Assembly (NCBI GenBank): GCA_030432115.1
Contig: JAUIHY010000001.1
Coordinates: forward strand, 1-61,290
Direction of reading: 5' to 3'
From: Gammaproteobacteria bacterium
Lineage (GTDB): Bacteria; Pseudomonadota; Gammaproteobacteria; Xanthomonadales; Marinicellaceae
DNA: 61,290 bases
Each line of letters opens with the position of its first letter. Positions within the stretch are counted from its first letter, which is position 1. The notes below the pieces were generated by a model. The model saw only the letters and a program-made list of their open reading frames with translations, searched no databases and was not told the origin of the DNA. Positions 1 to 8,142 of the stretch are shown piece after piece. Both the position numbers and the translations under genes were made by a program.

Positions 1-165
1 GCCACACTGGTCCACATTGATGTCGAAATTTGCAGCAGTAATGGCTTCGCGCAAAGTGCAGTTGTTATCTACCTGAATCACATCATCAGTGCTGTCAACC
101 ACTAACAAATTGGCTTGAGCAATTCCATTGGCTACCAATAACAAAGTTAAAATAAGTATTTTCAT
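1..165 (-). CDS. CSLREA-domain secreted protein, 5' part only (runs off window start; not in ORF track)
   Basis: Manual translation from ATG 165: MKILILTLLLVANGIAQANLLVVDSTDDVIQVDNNCTLREAITAANFDINVDQCG. Signal peptide, CTLREAI motif, RBS GAGGTGA upstream. Confidence 0.85.
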   Translation of the reverse strand, partial: MKILILTLLLVANGIAQANLLVVDSTDDVIQVDNNCTLREAITAANFDINVDQCG

Positions 166-196
166 GTTTCACCTCTAAAAAAACCTTTACACAGAT

Positions 197-224
197 AAAC
201 AATCAAACCACCGTTTTACTGCCA
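197..224 (-). promoter_or_regulatory. Putative ECF-sigma promoter, copy B: TGGCAG-N17-TGTTT
   Basis: Matches four other copies with identical spacing; TGTT starts 36 nt before ATG 165. Confidence 0.65.
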
Positions 225-252
225 AATTATTCAATATTGTTTTTGCATCAAT

Positions 253-280
253 TGTCAGTAAACCGACTGACTGACTGTTA
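253..280 (+). promoter_or_regulatory. Putative ECF-sigma promoter, copy A: TGTCAG-N17-TGTTA
   Basis: Same motif and spacing; TGTT starts 26 nt before ATG 302. Confidence 0.7.
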
Positions 281-301
281 TAGTGGTGCAGCGAGGTTAA
301 A

Positions 302-1726
302 ATGAACATAAAAATCAAGGTCATCATCATGGTATTTGGACTCAGTCAGTTGTTTTCATGTGGTCAAAGTAACCGCCTGTCAAACTGGTTGGAAAATGAA
401 AAGAAACTGTCACCCAAAGATGCCGAAATCATGACGCAATGGTTGCGCGCCAATCAACTCAAAGCCGAGGATTTTGAGGTATCGCCCAAAGGCTTGGCGA
501 AAAGCAATGCCGTTAAGGTGATTGATAAACAAGTGCATGCCATTCGGGCCAAAGGTGTCAGTGATTTAACAGGCTTATCTGGTTTAAGTCAGTTAACCGA
601 TTTGGAATTGAATCACGTCAAAAGCAGTGATTTGAATGCCTGTCCTGCTCAACTTCACTATCTACGACTTTCTGGTAAGAGTTTAACCTCACTGAGCGGC
701 ACCGCGTCTTGTCAGCATTTACGAAGGGTTAAAATCGTTCACAGTGGCATCCAATCGATTGCGCCTTTATTTTCTTTACCTGAGTTATCAGAGGTCACGG
801 CCAGTTACAATCAGCTGCATGAGGTTGAAATCAGTCAAAGCCTTGCAAAACTTCAGCATTTAGACCTCAGTAAAAATGCCATCAATTCATTTTCACTGAC
901 TGCTCCACTTGCCCAACTACAGCGCTTGGATTTGAGAAGCAATCAAATAACCATGCTCAACTTGGGTCAGCACACGCCTAAATTAAACAAACTGTTTTTG
1001 AAAGACAATCAAATCAAAAATACACAACAAATCAACGTTATCAATAGCTTGAGCTATATTGAATTAAAACAAAACCCACTGAACGATACGGCATCACTGG
1101 CATCATGGCCCAATTTACAATCTATTGATGTGGATGATTCGCTTAAACTGGCATCTGAATTAGCCGATAAAAGAAGAACTTATCCCCAATCAGCTGAAGC
1201 ATTGCAAATGGCAGAAGCCAGACATTTGAAAGCCAAGTACTTGGAAGGCGTCAGGTTTGTTGAAAAAAAACCACATGCTTTCAGTGGCAGGGCTTATCAC
1301 CTCAGCAGGAAGCTTAAACAAATGTTTTCCCTGACGCCTGACCGCACAGAAGTCAGTGGCGAAGTCACCATCAAAGAACTCAATGGTGGTTTTATGCTGA
1401 CCTTGGCTGATACCGACAACGTCCTTTATTACGGGCGGAAAGTCACCATCAAGGCCGCAGTATCGGTAGAACAAGGCCCCATCAGCATTTACAGTCCGAT
1501 TGAAGAAGATTTCTGGCAAATGGCGGCTTTATTTGTCGACACCCCTGTCAAAGAAAGGCCCAAAGAAGCCAACGATTTGATTTTGAAAGGTTATCTCATA
1601 ACCACGGTCAAACCGGGTGAAACGGTCAATAAACAGTTCAATTTAAGCCCCTTGGCTGGAGAGTTTAATTTGTTGATCAATGCCGATGAAGGCAGCGCCC
1701 AAAACATTAAGTTGTCGATTAAATAA
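302..1726 (+). CDS. Leucine-rich-repeat lipoprotein
   Basis: Lipobox-like LFSC at residue 20; LxxLxLxxNxI repeats (LQHLDLSKNAI, LQRLDLRSNQI, LNKLFLKDNQI); RBS GAGG. Confidence 0.8.
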   Translation: MNIKIKVIIMVFGLSQLFSCGQSNRLSNWLENEKKLSPKDAEIMTQWLRANQLKAEDFEVSPKGLAKSNAVKVIDKQVHAIRAKGVSDLTGLSGLSQLTDLELNHVKSSDLNACPAQLHYLRLSGKSLTSLSGTASCQHLRRVKIVHSGIQSIAPLFSLPELSEVTASYNQLHEVEISQSLAKLQHLDLSKNAINSFSLTAPLAQLQRLDLRSNQITMLNLGQHTPKLNKLFLKDNQIKNTQQINVINSLSYIELKQNPLNDTASLASWPNLQSIDVDDSLKLASELADKRRTYPQSAEALQMAEARHLKAKYLEGVRFVEKKPHAFSGRAYHLSRKLKQMFSLTPDRTEVSGEVTIKELNGGFMLTLADTDNVLYYGRKVTIKAAVSVEQGPISIYSPIEEDFWQMAALFVDTPVKERPKEANDLILKGYLITTVKPGETVNKQFNLSPLAGEFNLLINADEGSAQNIKLSIK

Positions 1727-2115
1727 TGAGCGTCTTGGTTTGTGCATTTATTGAATATTTCTCAGACCATCGTTGGCAACTGTTCCAACCTGAACACTTG
1801 ACCCAAAAATCACCGGCTTATAATTTCGCACCAGAGTCTTGGGGCAAATACAATTTCAACATTTACTACCAGCAGTCAGGTGAAAAAGGATTGCCCGATG
1901 ACCTGAGTATTGGACTCAAACAAGTCATTAAAACTCTGTTGAATCAATACAATGACGATGCCTTGAATCGGCCTTCTTGGATGTCATTGGATGAATTATT
2001 GGCGTTCTTTGCATCTGATGTGGAAGGTCAATTTGCGCATTTTGATTTGGATTACTTAAATCAACTCCAAGAGACATTAAATGCCGACATCCGAGTGCTG
2101 TTTTGGGCCGAATGA
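1726..2115 (+). CDS. Small acidic hypothetical protein
   Basis: TAATG coupling to the LRR gene; motifs GLPDDLS, SWMSLDELL, RVLFW. Confidence 0.7.
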   Translation: MSVLVCAFIEYFSDHRWQLFQPEHLTQKSPAYNFAPESWGKYNFNIYYQQSGEKGLPDDLSIGLKQVIKTLLNQYNDDALNRPSWMSLDELLAFFASDVEGQFAHFDLDYLNQLQETLNADIRVLFWAE

Positions 2116-2119
2116 ACGT

Positions 2120-2142
2120 AAAAACGGCACCCTCAAGGGTGC
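2120..2142 (-). terminator. Intrinsic terminator for the 2247-3809 gene
   Basis: GCACCC/GGGTGC stem with 4-nt loop, followed by TTTTT on the minus strand. Confidence 0.5.
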
Positions 2143-2216
2143 GACCTCAACATTTCCATAAAGGTGAAAATCCAGTTTGTAGTGCTAACAAGTTGGGGCG
2201 TCATCAAAGTGTTTCA

Positions 2217-2230
2217 GGGCATCCTTGCCC
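2217..2230 (-). promoter_or_regulatory. GGGCA-AGGA-TGCCC hairpin (CsrA/RsmA-site-like or small REP-like element)
   Basis: 5-bp stem with AGGA loop; a second copy with compensatory changes lies at 51771-51784. Confidence 0.35.
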
Positions 2231-2246
2231 CAAAGCACCGAGGTGA

Positions 2247-3809
2247 TTATTCGATTGACTCAAATCCATTAAAAAAGATCAAATCATCAGAACAGGCATC
2301 ACCAATGCCGTCCTGATTATTGTCCTCTTGTAATGGATCGAAATCATTGGGACAAACATCACACTGAGAACCCACATAATCTCCATCGGGGTCATCACCA
2401 AAACATTTGGCCTCATATGCGCCGATGTCACATGAATTTCCATCAAAAACATTGCTGTCACTGTCCAATGGTCGAGGCATGCCACGCTGATCAAAATCAA
2501 GCGGAACATCAGCCACATTGCCACCAAAGTTAATCTGATAACTGCAACCATCTGGATCACCACCGTCAGCTTCTAGCCCTTCACTGGTGATGGGGTGAAC
2601 TGGATGTAAGCCACCCAATGATGTTAAAGGGCCAAGTTTTGGAATGACTGAGCTGGTGTAGTTGGATTCACCAGTTATGTTGGTCAAGGGACAGTTGTCA
2701 TCATTCCCAACCATCACCCACCCCAAGGATTCGATACCTATGGTTCCGCCTTGGGTGTCATCACAGTTTCTTCCATTGGGGTAACAAAGCATACCTGGAG
2801 GGCAGGGTAAAAAATTGCCATGGATGATGGAATTTTTTGCAGTCACTACTGTTAAATCATTGATGTAAATGCCACCGCCAGTACCACCATTGCCATCATA
2901 GTCGGCTCTATTTTGAGTGATGGTGGCGTTTTCTAACCGCAAGGAGGGTGTTTGTGCATATATCCCTCCCCCATCATGATTGGCTTTGTTCTGACTGATG
3001 GTGCTGTTGATTATATGCAAACTGGTGTTATGTTGATTGGTGTAAATCCCACCACCACTACCGTTTCCATTGGGCAGAGGCCCCAGTGCCTTATTGTTAT
3101 CTATCAATGAGTCTCTGACGGTCAGCTGCCCCAATTGTAACCATACGCCACCGCCTTGCTGATTGTATGAATTGGTGTTTTCTGTGATTCTTGACTGATT
3201 CAAGGTCACATGCGATTCATCATTCCCGCCGCTGCCGAAGATCCTGAGGCCAATGTGATCACCATCACGAATTTCACAACGATTACAAATTAATTTACCA
3301 TCAAACACCGCCAAACCAGCTGCAGAGCTGTGTGGAATGATGGTGATGTCATTCAAAGTGGCTGTTTCTACACTGTTGACATAAAGACCATTAACGTAAG
3401 AACCTGATACGGTATTGGGGCGAAACTCCAAATTCTCAATCGTGGCTCGACTGCCTACATTAATCAACCCACTTTCAATGAATAAGTCACCCTCGATGAC
3501 CGCCCTTCCAGCACCTGTACCTCTAACCGTCATGTTCGTTGTGATCCAAACCCCTCCGCTTGCCAAGACAGGGTAGCTCTCGTTTACAAGGTATGGAATT
3601 TGAACCGTATGTGGACCATTCGGTGTGTAATTAGCCGACTCAATGGCAGCCCTCAATGTACATTGCCCATTTCCTAAGCCGGTTTCACAGACCCCATCCC
3701 CAGGCACTGGATCACTCAAGTCATCACCGTTGTAATTAACGGTAAAAAAAGCCGCAATCGAACAATTCATGTTCAAAAGCAATAACAAGAATAAATATTT
3801 TTTATTCAT
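2247..3809 (-). CDS. CSLREA-type secreted beta-helix protein with choice-of-anchor Q region, thrombospondin type-3 repeat and DLIFFNGFE tail
   Basis: Signal peptide; CTLRAAI; GGGI(Y/W) repeats; DQRGMPR...CDIGAYE; DPDGDYVGSQCDVCP...DGIGDAC. Start reassigned to ATG 3809 after GAGGTGA. Confidence 0.85.
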   Translation of the reverse strand: MNKKYLFLLLLLNMNCSIAAFFTVNYNGDDLSDPVPGDGVCETGLGNGQCTLRAAIESANYTPNGPHTVQIPYLVNESYPVLASGGVWITTNMTVRGTGAGRAVIEGDLFIESGLINVGSRATIENLEFRPNTVSGSYVNGLYVNSVETATLNDITIIPHSSAAGLAVFDGKLICNRCEIRDGDHIGLRIFGSGGNDESHVTLNQSRITENTNSYNQQGGGVWLQLGQLTVRDSLIDNNKALGPLPNGNGSGGGIYTNQHNTSLHIINSTISQNKANHDGGGIYAQTPSLRLENATITQNRADYDGNGGTGGGIYINDLTVVTAKNSIIHGNFLPCPPGMLCYPNGRNCDDTQGGTIGIESLGWVMVGNDDNCPLTNITGESNYTSSVIPKLGPLTSLGGLHPVHPITSEGLEADGGDPDGCSYQINFGGNVADVPLDFDQRGMPRPLDSDSNVFDGNSCDIGAYEAKCFGDDPDGDYVGSQCDVCPNDFDPLQEDNNQDGIGDACSDDLIFFNGFESIE

Positions 3810-3843
3810 AATCACCTCAAAATCTTAACAATTCCAGTCCATT

Positions 3844-3871
3844 AAACAGTTAAGTGCTTGATTGACTGACA
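3844..3871 (-). promoter_or_regulatory. Putative ECF-sigma promoter, copy C: TGTCAG-N17-TGTTT
   Basis: Same motif and spacing; TGTT starts 39 nt before ATG 3809. Confidence 0.7.
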
Positions 3872-3912
3872 AAGAATGATAATAATCCTGTGTTTTCAAA
3901 TTGAAGACACTC

Positions 3913-3947
3913 AAAAATTGCAGCCACAATCACATGGTTGTAGCTGC
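3913..3947 (-). terminator. Intrinsic terminator after the PAN-domain gene
   Basis: GCAGCTACAACCA/TGATTGTGGCTGC stem followed by AATTTTT on the minus strand. Confidence 0.6.
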
Positions 3948-3956
3948 TGTAAACAT

Positions 3957-4295
3957 TCAACGTGGCCCAATAACACCTGATGCACCACCTGTGAAGGGAG
4001 TTGTTAAGCCTTGCTCTTGCATCAATTGAGGTGATAATTTACAGGAATTAGGGCTGCCAAAACGTCCAGGCTTGAAGCTCCAAACCACACAGGCATTATT
4101 AGCCTCACAGGCTTTTAAGCATTGTGCAGCATCGGCCACTGAGCCTTTTGCAGGTTGTGCTTCATTGGGTAGGTAATACTGACTGTGATCAGCATCTGCC
4201 GGCATGCTATAAATCGTGTCTTTTTCCATGGCCAGTGCGGTCATTGATGCAGATACCAGAGCAAGTGTCATGATGGTGTTTTTAAATGTTTTCAT
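3957..4295 (-). CDS. Secreted PAN/Apple-domain protein
   Basis: Signal peptide; CxxxC-x5-C-x2-WSF...CxL pattern (QCLKACEANNACVVWSF...SCKL); RBS AAGGA. Confidence 0.75.
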   Translation of the reverse strand: MKTFKNTIMTLALVSASMTALAMEKDTIYSMPADADHSQYYLPNEAQPAKGSVADAAQCLKACEANNACVVWSFKPGRFGSPNSCKLSPQLMQEQGLTTPFTGGASGVIGPR

Positions 4296-4340
4296 AATGA
4301 TTATCCTTTGTTGTTAAAGAAAGTTTCTTCAAAATTGGCC

Positions 4341-6422
4341 TTACTGACAAACAATGCCATCAAAGCCGTCATTGAAGATGTAATCGCTTACTGCCAGTTG
4401 GTTGATGGTGATGACTTCAGCTCGATCCACGTCACCACCTTGGGTCTCAGTAGTGCCCACCACTTCATTCAAATAAATACCGGGCACCATGGCTGCATGA
4501 TTGATGGCAACGGTGAATGGAACAACTGATTGCTGAAAACTAAGTTCATCTGTGGGTGTGAATGAACAGCTACTGTCTGGATTGTCACAACTTAATCCCA
4601 CCTCATCACCCCAGCCATTCACCGCTTCGGCTTCGCAGTCCAATGAACAGGTCAAAGCTGAAGTTGTGGTGATTTTGGTATTGCGACAACTGACCGAAAA
4701 GTCTGGCTGTCCTGCCAAAGTAAAACCGGGTGAAAACTCAGAAGTCCGCCCACCACCTTCGGTGGCTGTGGTGACGATCACATCGCCTTCACTGATGGGC
4801 GCAGCAGCATTCAATGTTCTGGCCACAGGATTTCCTGCCAACCATTGTGATTCGGTAAAAGTGGTGCTGGCCAACCAGGTTTGGCCTTCTTGACCATCAC
4901 TGTCGGCAGCATAGACATCAACCGTGATTGGGTAGTCACTGGCACCATTGTGGCTGTCGATTTGGTAATTCAAATTGATGCGATTACCGCTGGGGTCGTG
5001 TTGAGCGGAGTTGATATCGGGAAAATTTTGCAAACGGTTGGCGCCAGAGTCGAAATCATCAGGATCATTGGGCGTGAAGCGGTCTGCCTCTAAGTCAATG
5101 CCTTCGTTTTCGTTGTTATAAATACTGTTGTGCCGAATTTCTATGATGTTGTTGCTGAAACTACTGACAACCACCCCACAACCTCTGGTGGGACCACACT
5201 GATTATAGGCAATGGTGTTGCCTTGGCCAGGCAATCCAATTCGGGTATCTATGGCTATCCCGCCTGAGTAAATACCGCCTCGCATATTTGGCAAAGGACT
5301 GACGCCATCTTCTGCCACACCAATCAGGTTACTCACAATATCCACCCGCCGCAATGGTGAGCCAGAATCTGTTGATAATGATAGCCCAATACCTGAGTTG
5401 CCTGATATGACATTTTTTTCTACAACGATGTCTCGGCCTCTTTGTAGGATGATGCCTTCGCGGTTGGGCAATGCATTCATGCCGCTGATGTCAGTGCCTA
5501 TCAGGTTGTTGGTGATTTTTAAGTTAAGTTCTTGGTCTGGTGATATATAAACACCACTGATGTTATTTCCAGAAATCAAATTACCCAAACCCGGTAGATC
5601 AGCACCGATGATGACATTCGACTTAGCTCGGGTAGATAAAATGATGCCAGTTGTATCATTGGGCACAGCCAAATCGCCTTCAGGATTGGTGCCAATTTTA
5701 TTTCCAAAAACCCCCACAGCACCATTTTCAAGGTAGTAATCAAAATGAATCCCAAATTGTAGATTACCCGATATAACATTGCCCTCTGTGGGCATATAGC
5801 CACCGATGACATTGTTTTCACCGCCATTGGTGGTAACAATGATGCCGTATTTATTCGGCGCACTGGCTTGACCATAGGGCATGTTCAGACCCAACCAAGA
5901 GCTGGTGATTTTGTTATTAAAACCATGGTCATCATAGCTACCGGTAAAGTAGCCCATCCTGGCACCGGCGTTGTACCAATTGGTCACTGACAGGGCTTTG
6001 ATGTGGCTGTTTTCCAATAGGGTGAGTCCATCCAAAGTGTCATAAGGCCCCGCATTAGAATCACCGGCCAATGCCCCATCTACCACAATGGTAGGATTAC
6101 CTGCCGTGGATGTCCCTGCCGTTGAACCATCAATGGTGATGTCAATCAAACTGGGAAGTTCTGAAGTCGGTTGAATCATCCAATAGAAAAAAGCACTGGC
6201 ACCTGTTCCGCCTTCAAAATAATTTTCATTCAATGCATCGGCTGGGATGTTGAATGTGATGGTGTCAGATTCGTTGTTATTCAGTCCTTGGTTGATTGCG
6301 CCACGCAAAGTACAAGTACTGGCGTTACACACATCACCATCTGCACTTGATGTCACGACAATGGTTGCAGCCTGACCTGTTACACTGACGACCAGCATCA
6401 GAATCATTAAAATGGTTTTCAT
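4341..6422 (-). CDS. CSLREA-type secreted parallel beta-helix protein with DYIFNDGFD tail
   Basis: Signal peptide; CTLRGAI; repeated GNxISGN/NxIGTD units; TPNDPDD...GANRLQNFP; TSEFS. Confidence 0.85.
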   Translation of the reverse strand: MKTILMILMLVVSVTGQAATIVVTSSADGDVCNASTCTLRGAINQGLNNNESDTITFNIPADALNENYFEGGTGASAFFYWMIQPTSELPSLIDITIDGSTAGTSTAGNPTIVVDGALAGDSNAGPYDTLDGLTLLENSHIKALSVTNWYNAGARMGYFTGSYDDHGFNNKITSSWLGLNMPYGQASAPNKYGIIVTTNGGENNVIGGYMPTEGNVISGNLQFGIHFDYYLENGAVGVFGNKIGTNPEGDLAVPNDTTGIILSTRAKSNVIIGADLPGLGNLISGNNISGVYISPDQELNLKITNNLIGTDISGMNALPNREGIILQRGRDIVVEKNVISGNSGIGLSLSTDSGSPLRRVDIVSNLIGVAEDGVSPLPNMRGGIYSGGIAIDTRIGLPGQGNTIAYNQCGPTRGCGVVVSSFSNNIIEIRHNSIYNNENEGIDLEADRFTPNDPDDFDSGANRLQNFPDINSAQHDPSGNRINLNYQIDSHNGASDYPITVDVYAADSDGQEGQTWLASTTFTESQWLAGNPVARTLNAAAPISEGDVIVTTATEGGGRTSEFSPGFTLAGQPDFSVSCRNTKITTTSALTCSLDCEAEAVNGWGDEVGLSCDNPDSSCSFTPTDELSFQQSVVPFTVAINHAAMVPGIYLNEVVGTTETQGGDVDRAEVITINQLAVSDYIFNDGFDGIVCQ

Positions 6423-6455
6423 AAATCACCTCAAAAATATTTCCTTTGCTTATAC

Positions 6456-6483
6456 AAACAAAGTACGGCGTGATTTACTGACA
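6456..6483 (-). promoter_or_regulatory. Putative ECF-sigma promoter, copy D: TGTCAG-N17-TGTTT
   Basis: Same motif and spacing; TGTT starts 38 nt before ATG 6422. Confidence 0.7.
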
Positions 6484-6604
6484 ACTATTTCAAAATTTCC
6501 GGTGCAAAGTGCTGATCAAATGGGCATTCACTTACTTTAAAGTAGGCTTTTAACAGTGGAAAAGGATTAATTATAGAGGTGTTTAGGTTTGATGTTTTAA
6601 ACAA

Positions 6605-7399
6605 CTAAGTACGCAATATATCAGCCAATTCATCACTGGACTGCCATGCTTCACCACAAACATAACGTGGCATGGCCCAAACCTGGCTGTTTTTGGTGAC
6701 ATGTTGTGGATCTGTGGTGAAAGCGGCCTCTATGCCCAGTGCTTGTTTTGGCAGGTAATTTGATTTCAGGTAGTCACTGTAATTACCATAGGGGTAGGCA
6801 AAAAATCGGGCATGAATGCCTTGGCTTTTGAGGTAAGCTTGTGACTGTTTGAGTTGATAATCACAGCTCGCAGCATCATTCACTTCTCTGAAGGAATGGT
6901 CACGGCTGAAATCACGGTGAAAAGTCACATGGTTGTGATCCCAGCTGTGGTTTTCTATGGCCATCAAGCCTGAGTTTTGGGCATCAAGCCACCAATCATC
7001 AGTCCACCAACCCAAGCCTGCCAAACAGGTTTTGTCTAATTCAACTCGACCCTCAGGTGAAACAATAACAAAACTGCTGATGTGCGCTGTTGAAGCTGTG
7101 GCTTTTTGATGGTCTTTGAGGATGTTGAAAAAACTGCGTTGTTTGCCAAAATGCGGGTGTTCGATGTCGTAATAATCAAACCAAGAGCCATCATCACAGG
7201 TCAGTACCACAGCCTGGGACATTTCGGCATCATCTGCGGCACCTTTGTGCCATTGCATCAGTTGTTGCAAAGTGATGATGCGCAGACCCAGTTTTTGAAT
7301 CAATTTGAGGTCTTCGGTCAATGCCACATGGTCGTTGTTGTGGTATTCATTGCCCATCACGTTGTTGCTGTGATAGGTAAGTATCGGTACCTTTAACAT
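6605..7399 (-). CDS. Polysaccharide deacetylase family protein (CE4/NodB-like)
   Basis: PILTYH, LTCDDG, ENHSWDH, FAYPYG motifs. Confidence 0.85.
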   Translation of the reverse strand: MLKVPILTYHSNNVMGNEYHNNDHVALTEDLKLIQKLGLRIITLQQLMQWHKGAADDAEMSQAVVLTCDDGSWFDYYDIEHPHFGKQRSFFNILKDHQKATASTAHISSFVIVSPEGRVELDKTCLAGLGWWTDDWWLDAQNSGLMAIENHSWDHNHVTFHRDFSRDHSFREVNDAASCDYQLKQSQAYLKSQGIHARFFAYPYGNYSDYLKSNYLPKQALGIEAAFTTDPQHVTKNSQVWAMPRYVCGEAWQSSDELADILRT

Positions 7400-7406
7400 C
7401 TATTGC

Positions 7407-7955
7407 CTATAACATACCCGTTTCTAATTTGGCGGCCTCAGACATCATGGTTGAATCCCATGGTGGGTCGAAAACGATTTTGCAATCCACTTTTTTGATA
7501 TTGGGTATCAGCTGAATTTTTGTGCTGGCATCAGAAACCAACACATCACCCATGCCACAGCCGGGTGCGGTTAAGGTCATGTCGATGTTGACGATGTAAC
7601 CATCCACTGCCTGCTCAACCTCACATTCATAAACCAAACCCAACTCCACGATATCAACCGGAATTTCTGGGTCATAAACACTGCGCAATTGGTTCCATAC
7701 GGCTTCCTCAACATCGGCTTTGTTGGCATTTTCCGGTAATTTCGGTGTCGGCAAAGGTTCTTTTCCCAATGCATCGGCATTGTGTCCCAAAACCATGAAC
7801 ATGCTGCCATCGACAAATATGGTGAAACTGCCACCCAAAGCTTGGGTGATGTAACCAACCACGCCGGCAGGCAGTTCAATGGTTTCGCCGGTGGGCACCG
7901 TGATGGCTTCGACATCACGTTCTAATTTGAAAGGTTCACTGGTCAAGCTGTACAT
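7407..7955 (-). CDS. sufT: Fe-S cluster assembly protein SufT (DUF59)
   Basis: ITQALGGSFT N-domain; YDPEIPVDIVELGLVY; MTLTAPGCGMG; FDPPW...MSEAAKLE. Confidence 0.9.
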   Translation of the reverse strand: MYSLTSEPFKLERDVEAITVPTGETIELPAGVVGYITQALGGSFTIFVDGSMFMVLGHNADALGKEPLPTPKLPENANKADVEEAVWNQLRSVYDPEIPVDIVELGLVYECEVEQAVDGYIVNIDMTLTAPGCGMGDVLVSDASTKIQLIPNIKKVDCKIVFDPPWDSTMMSEAAKLETGML

Positions 7956-8048
7956 GGACGTTCTGACGTTTTAAAGCAGCAGATTTTATCATGTTTGCTT
8001 GTTCAGGTGCGTTAGTTTACAGCCTGAGGTCATGAAACCCAGCATTTT

Positions 8049-8062
8049 TTGATGCACATCAA
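8049..8062. promoter_or_regulatory. FNR/Anr-type binding box TTGAT-GCAC-ATCAA
   Basis: Perfect TTGAT-N4-ATCAA in the divergent intergenic region; palindrome extends 8047-8064. Confidence 0.6.
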
Positions 8063-8142
8063 AACCACGTAAAAAATCTACGTGAATATTCGTAGCACCC
8101 TGTATTACAATATAGAATTTATACAAGTCAATCAACACCATC

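Noticed and set aside
265-277. GACT x3 microrepeat in the promoter spacer
   Set aside because: Too short to support phase variation.
252-284. Reading the shared motif as a sigma70 promoter (TTGTCA resembles TTGACA)
   Set aside because: The conserved downstream element is TGTT in all five copies; here TATAGT is 21 nt away.
4323-4349. TGTCAGTAA half-site upstream of the PAN gene
   Set aside because: It is the Cys-Gln-stop codons of the upstream gene; AAAC, not TGTT, lies at the 17-nt spacing.
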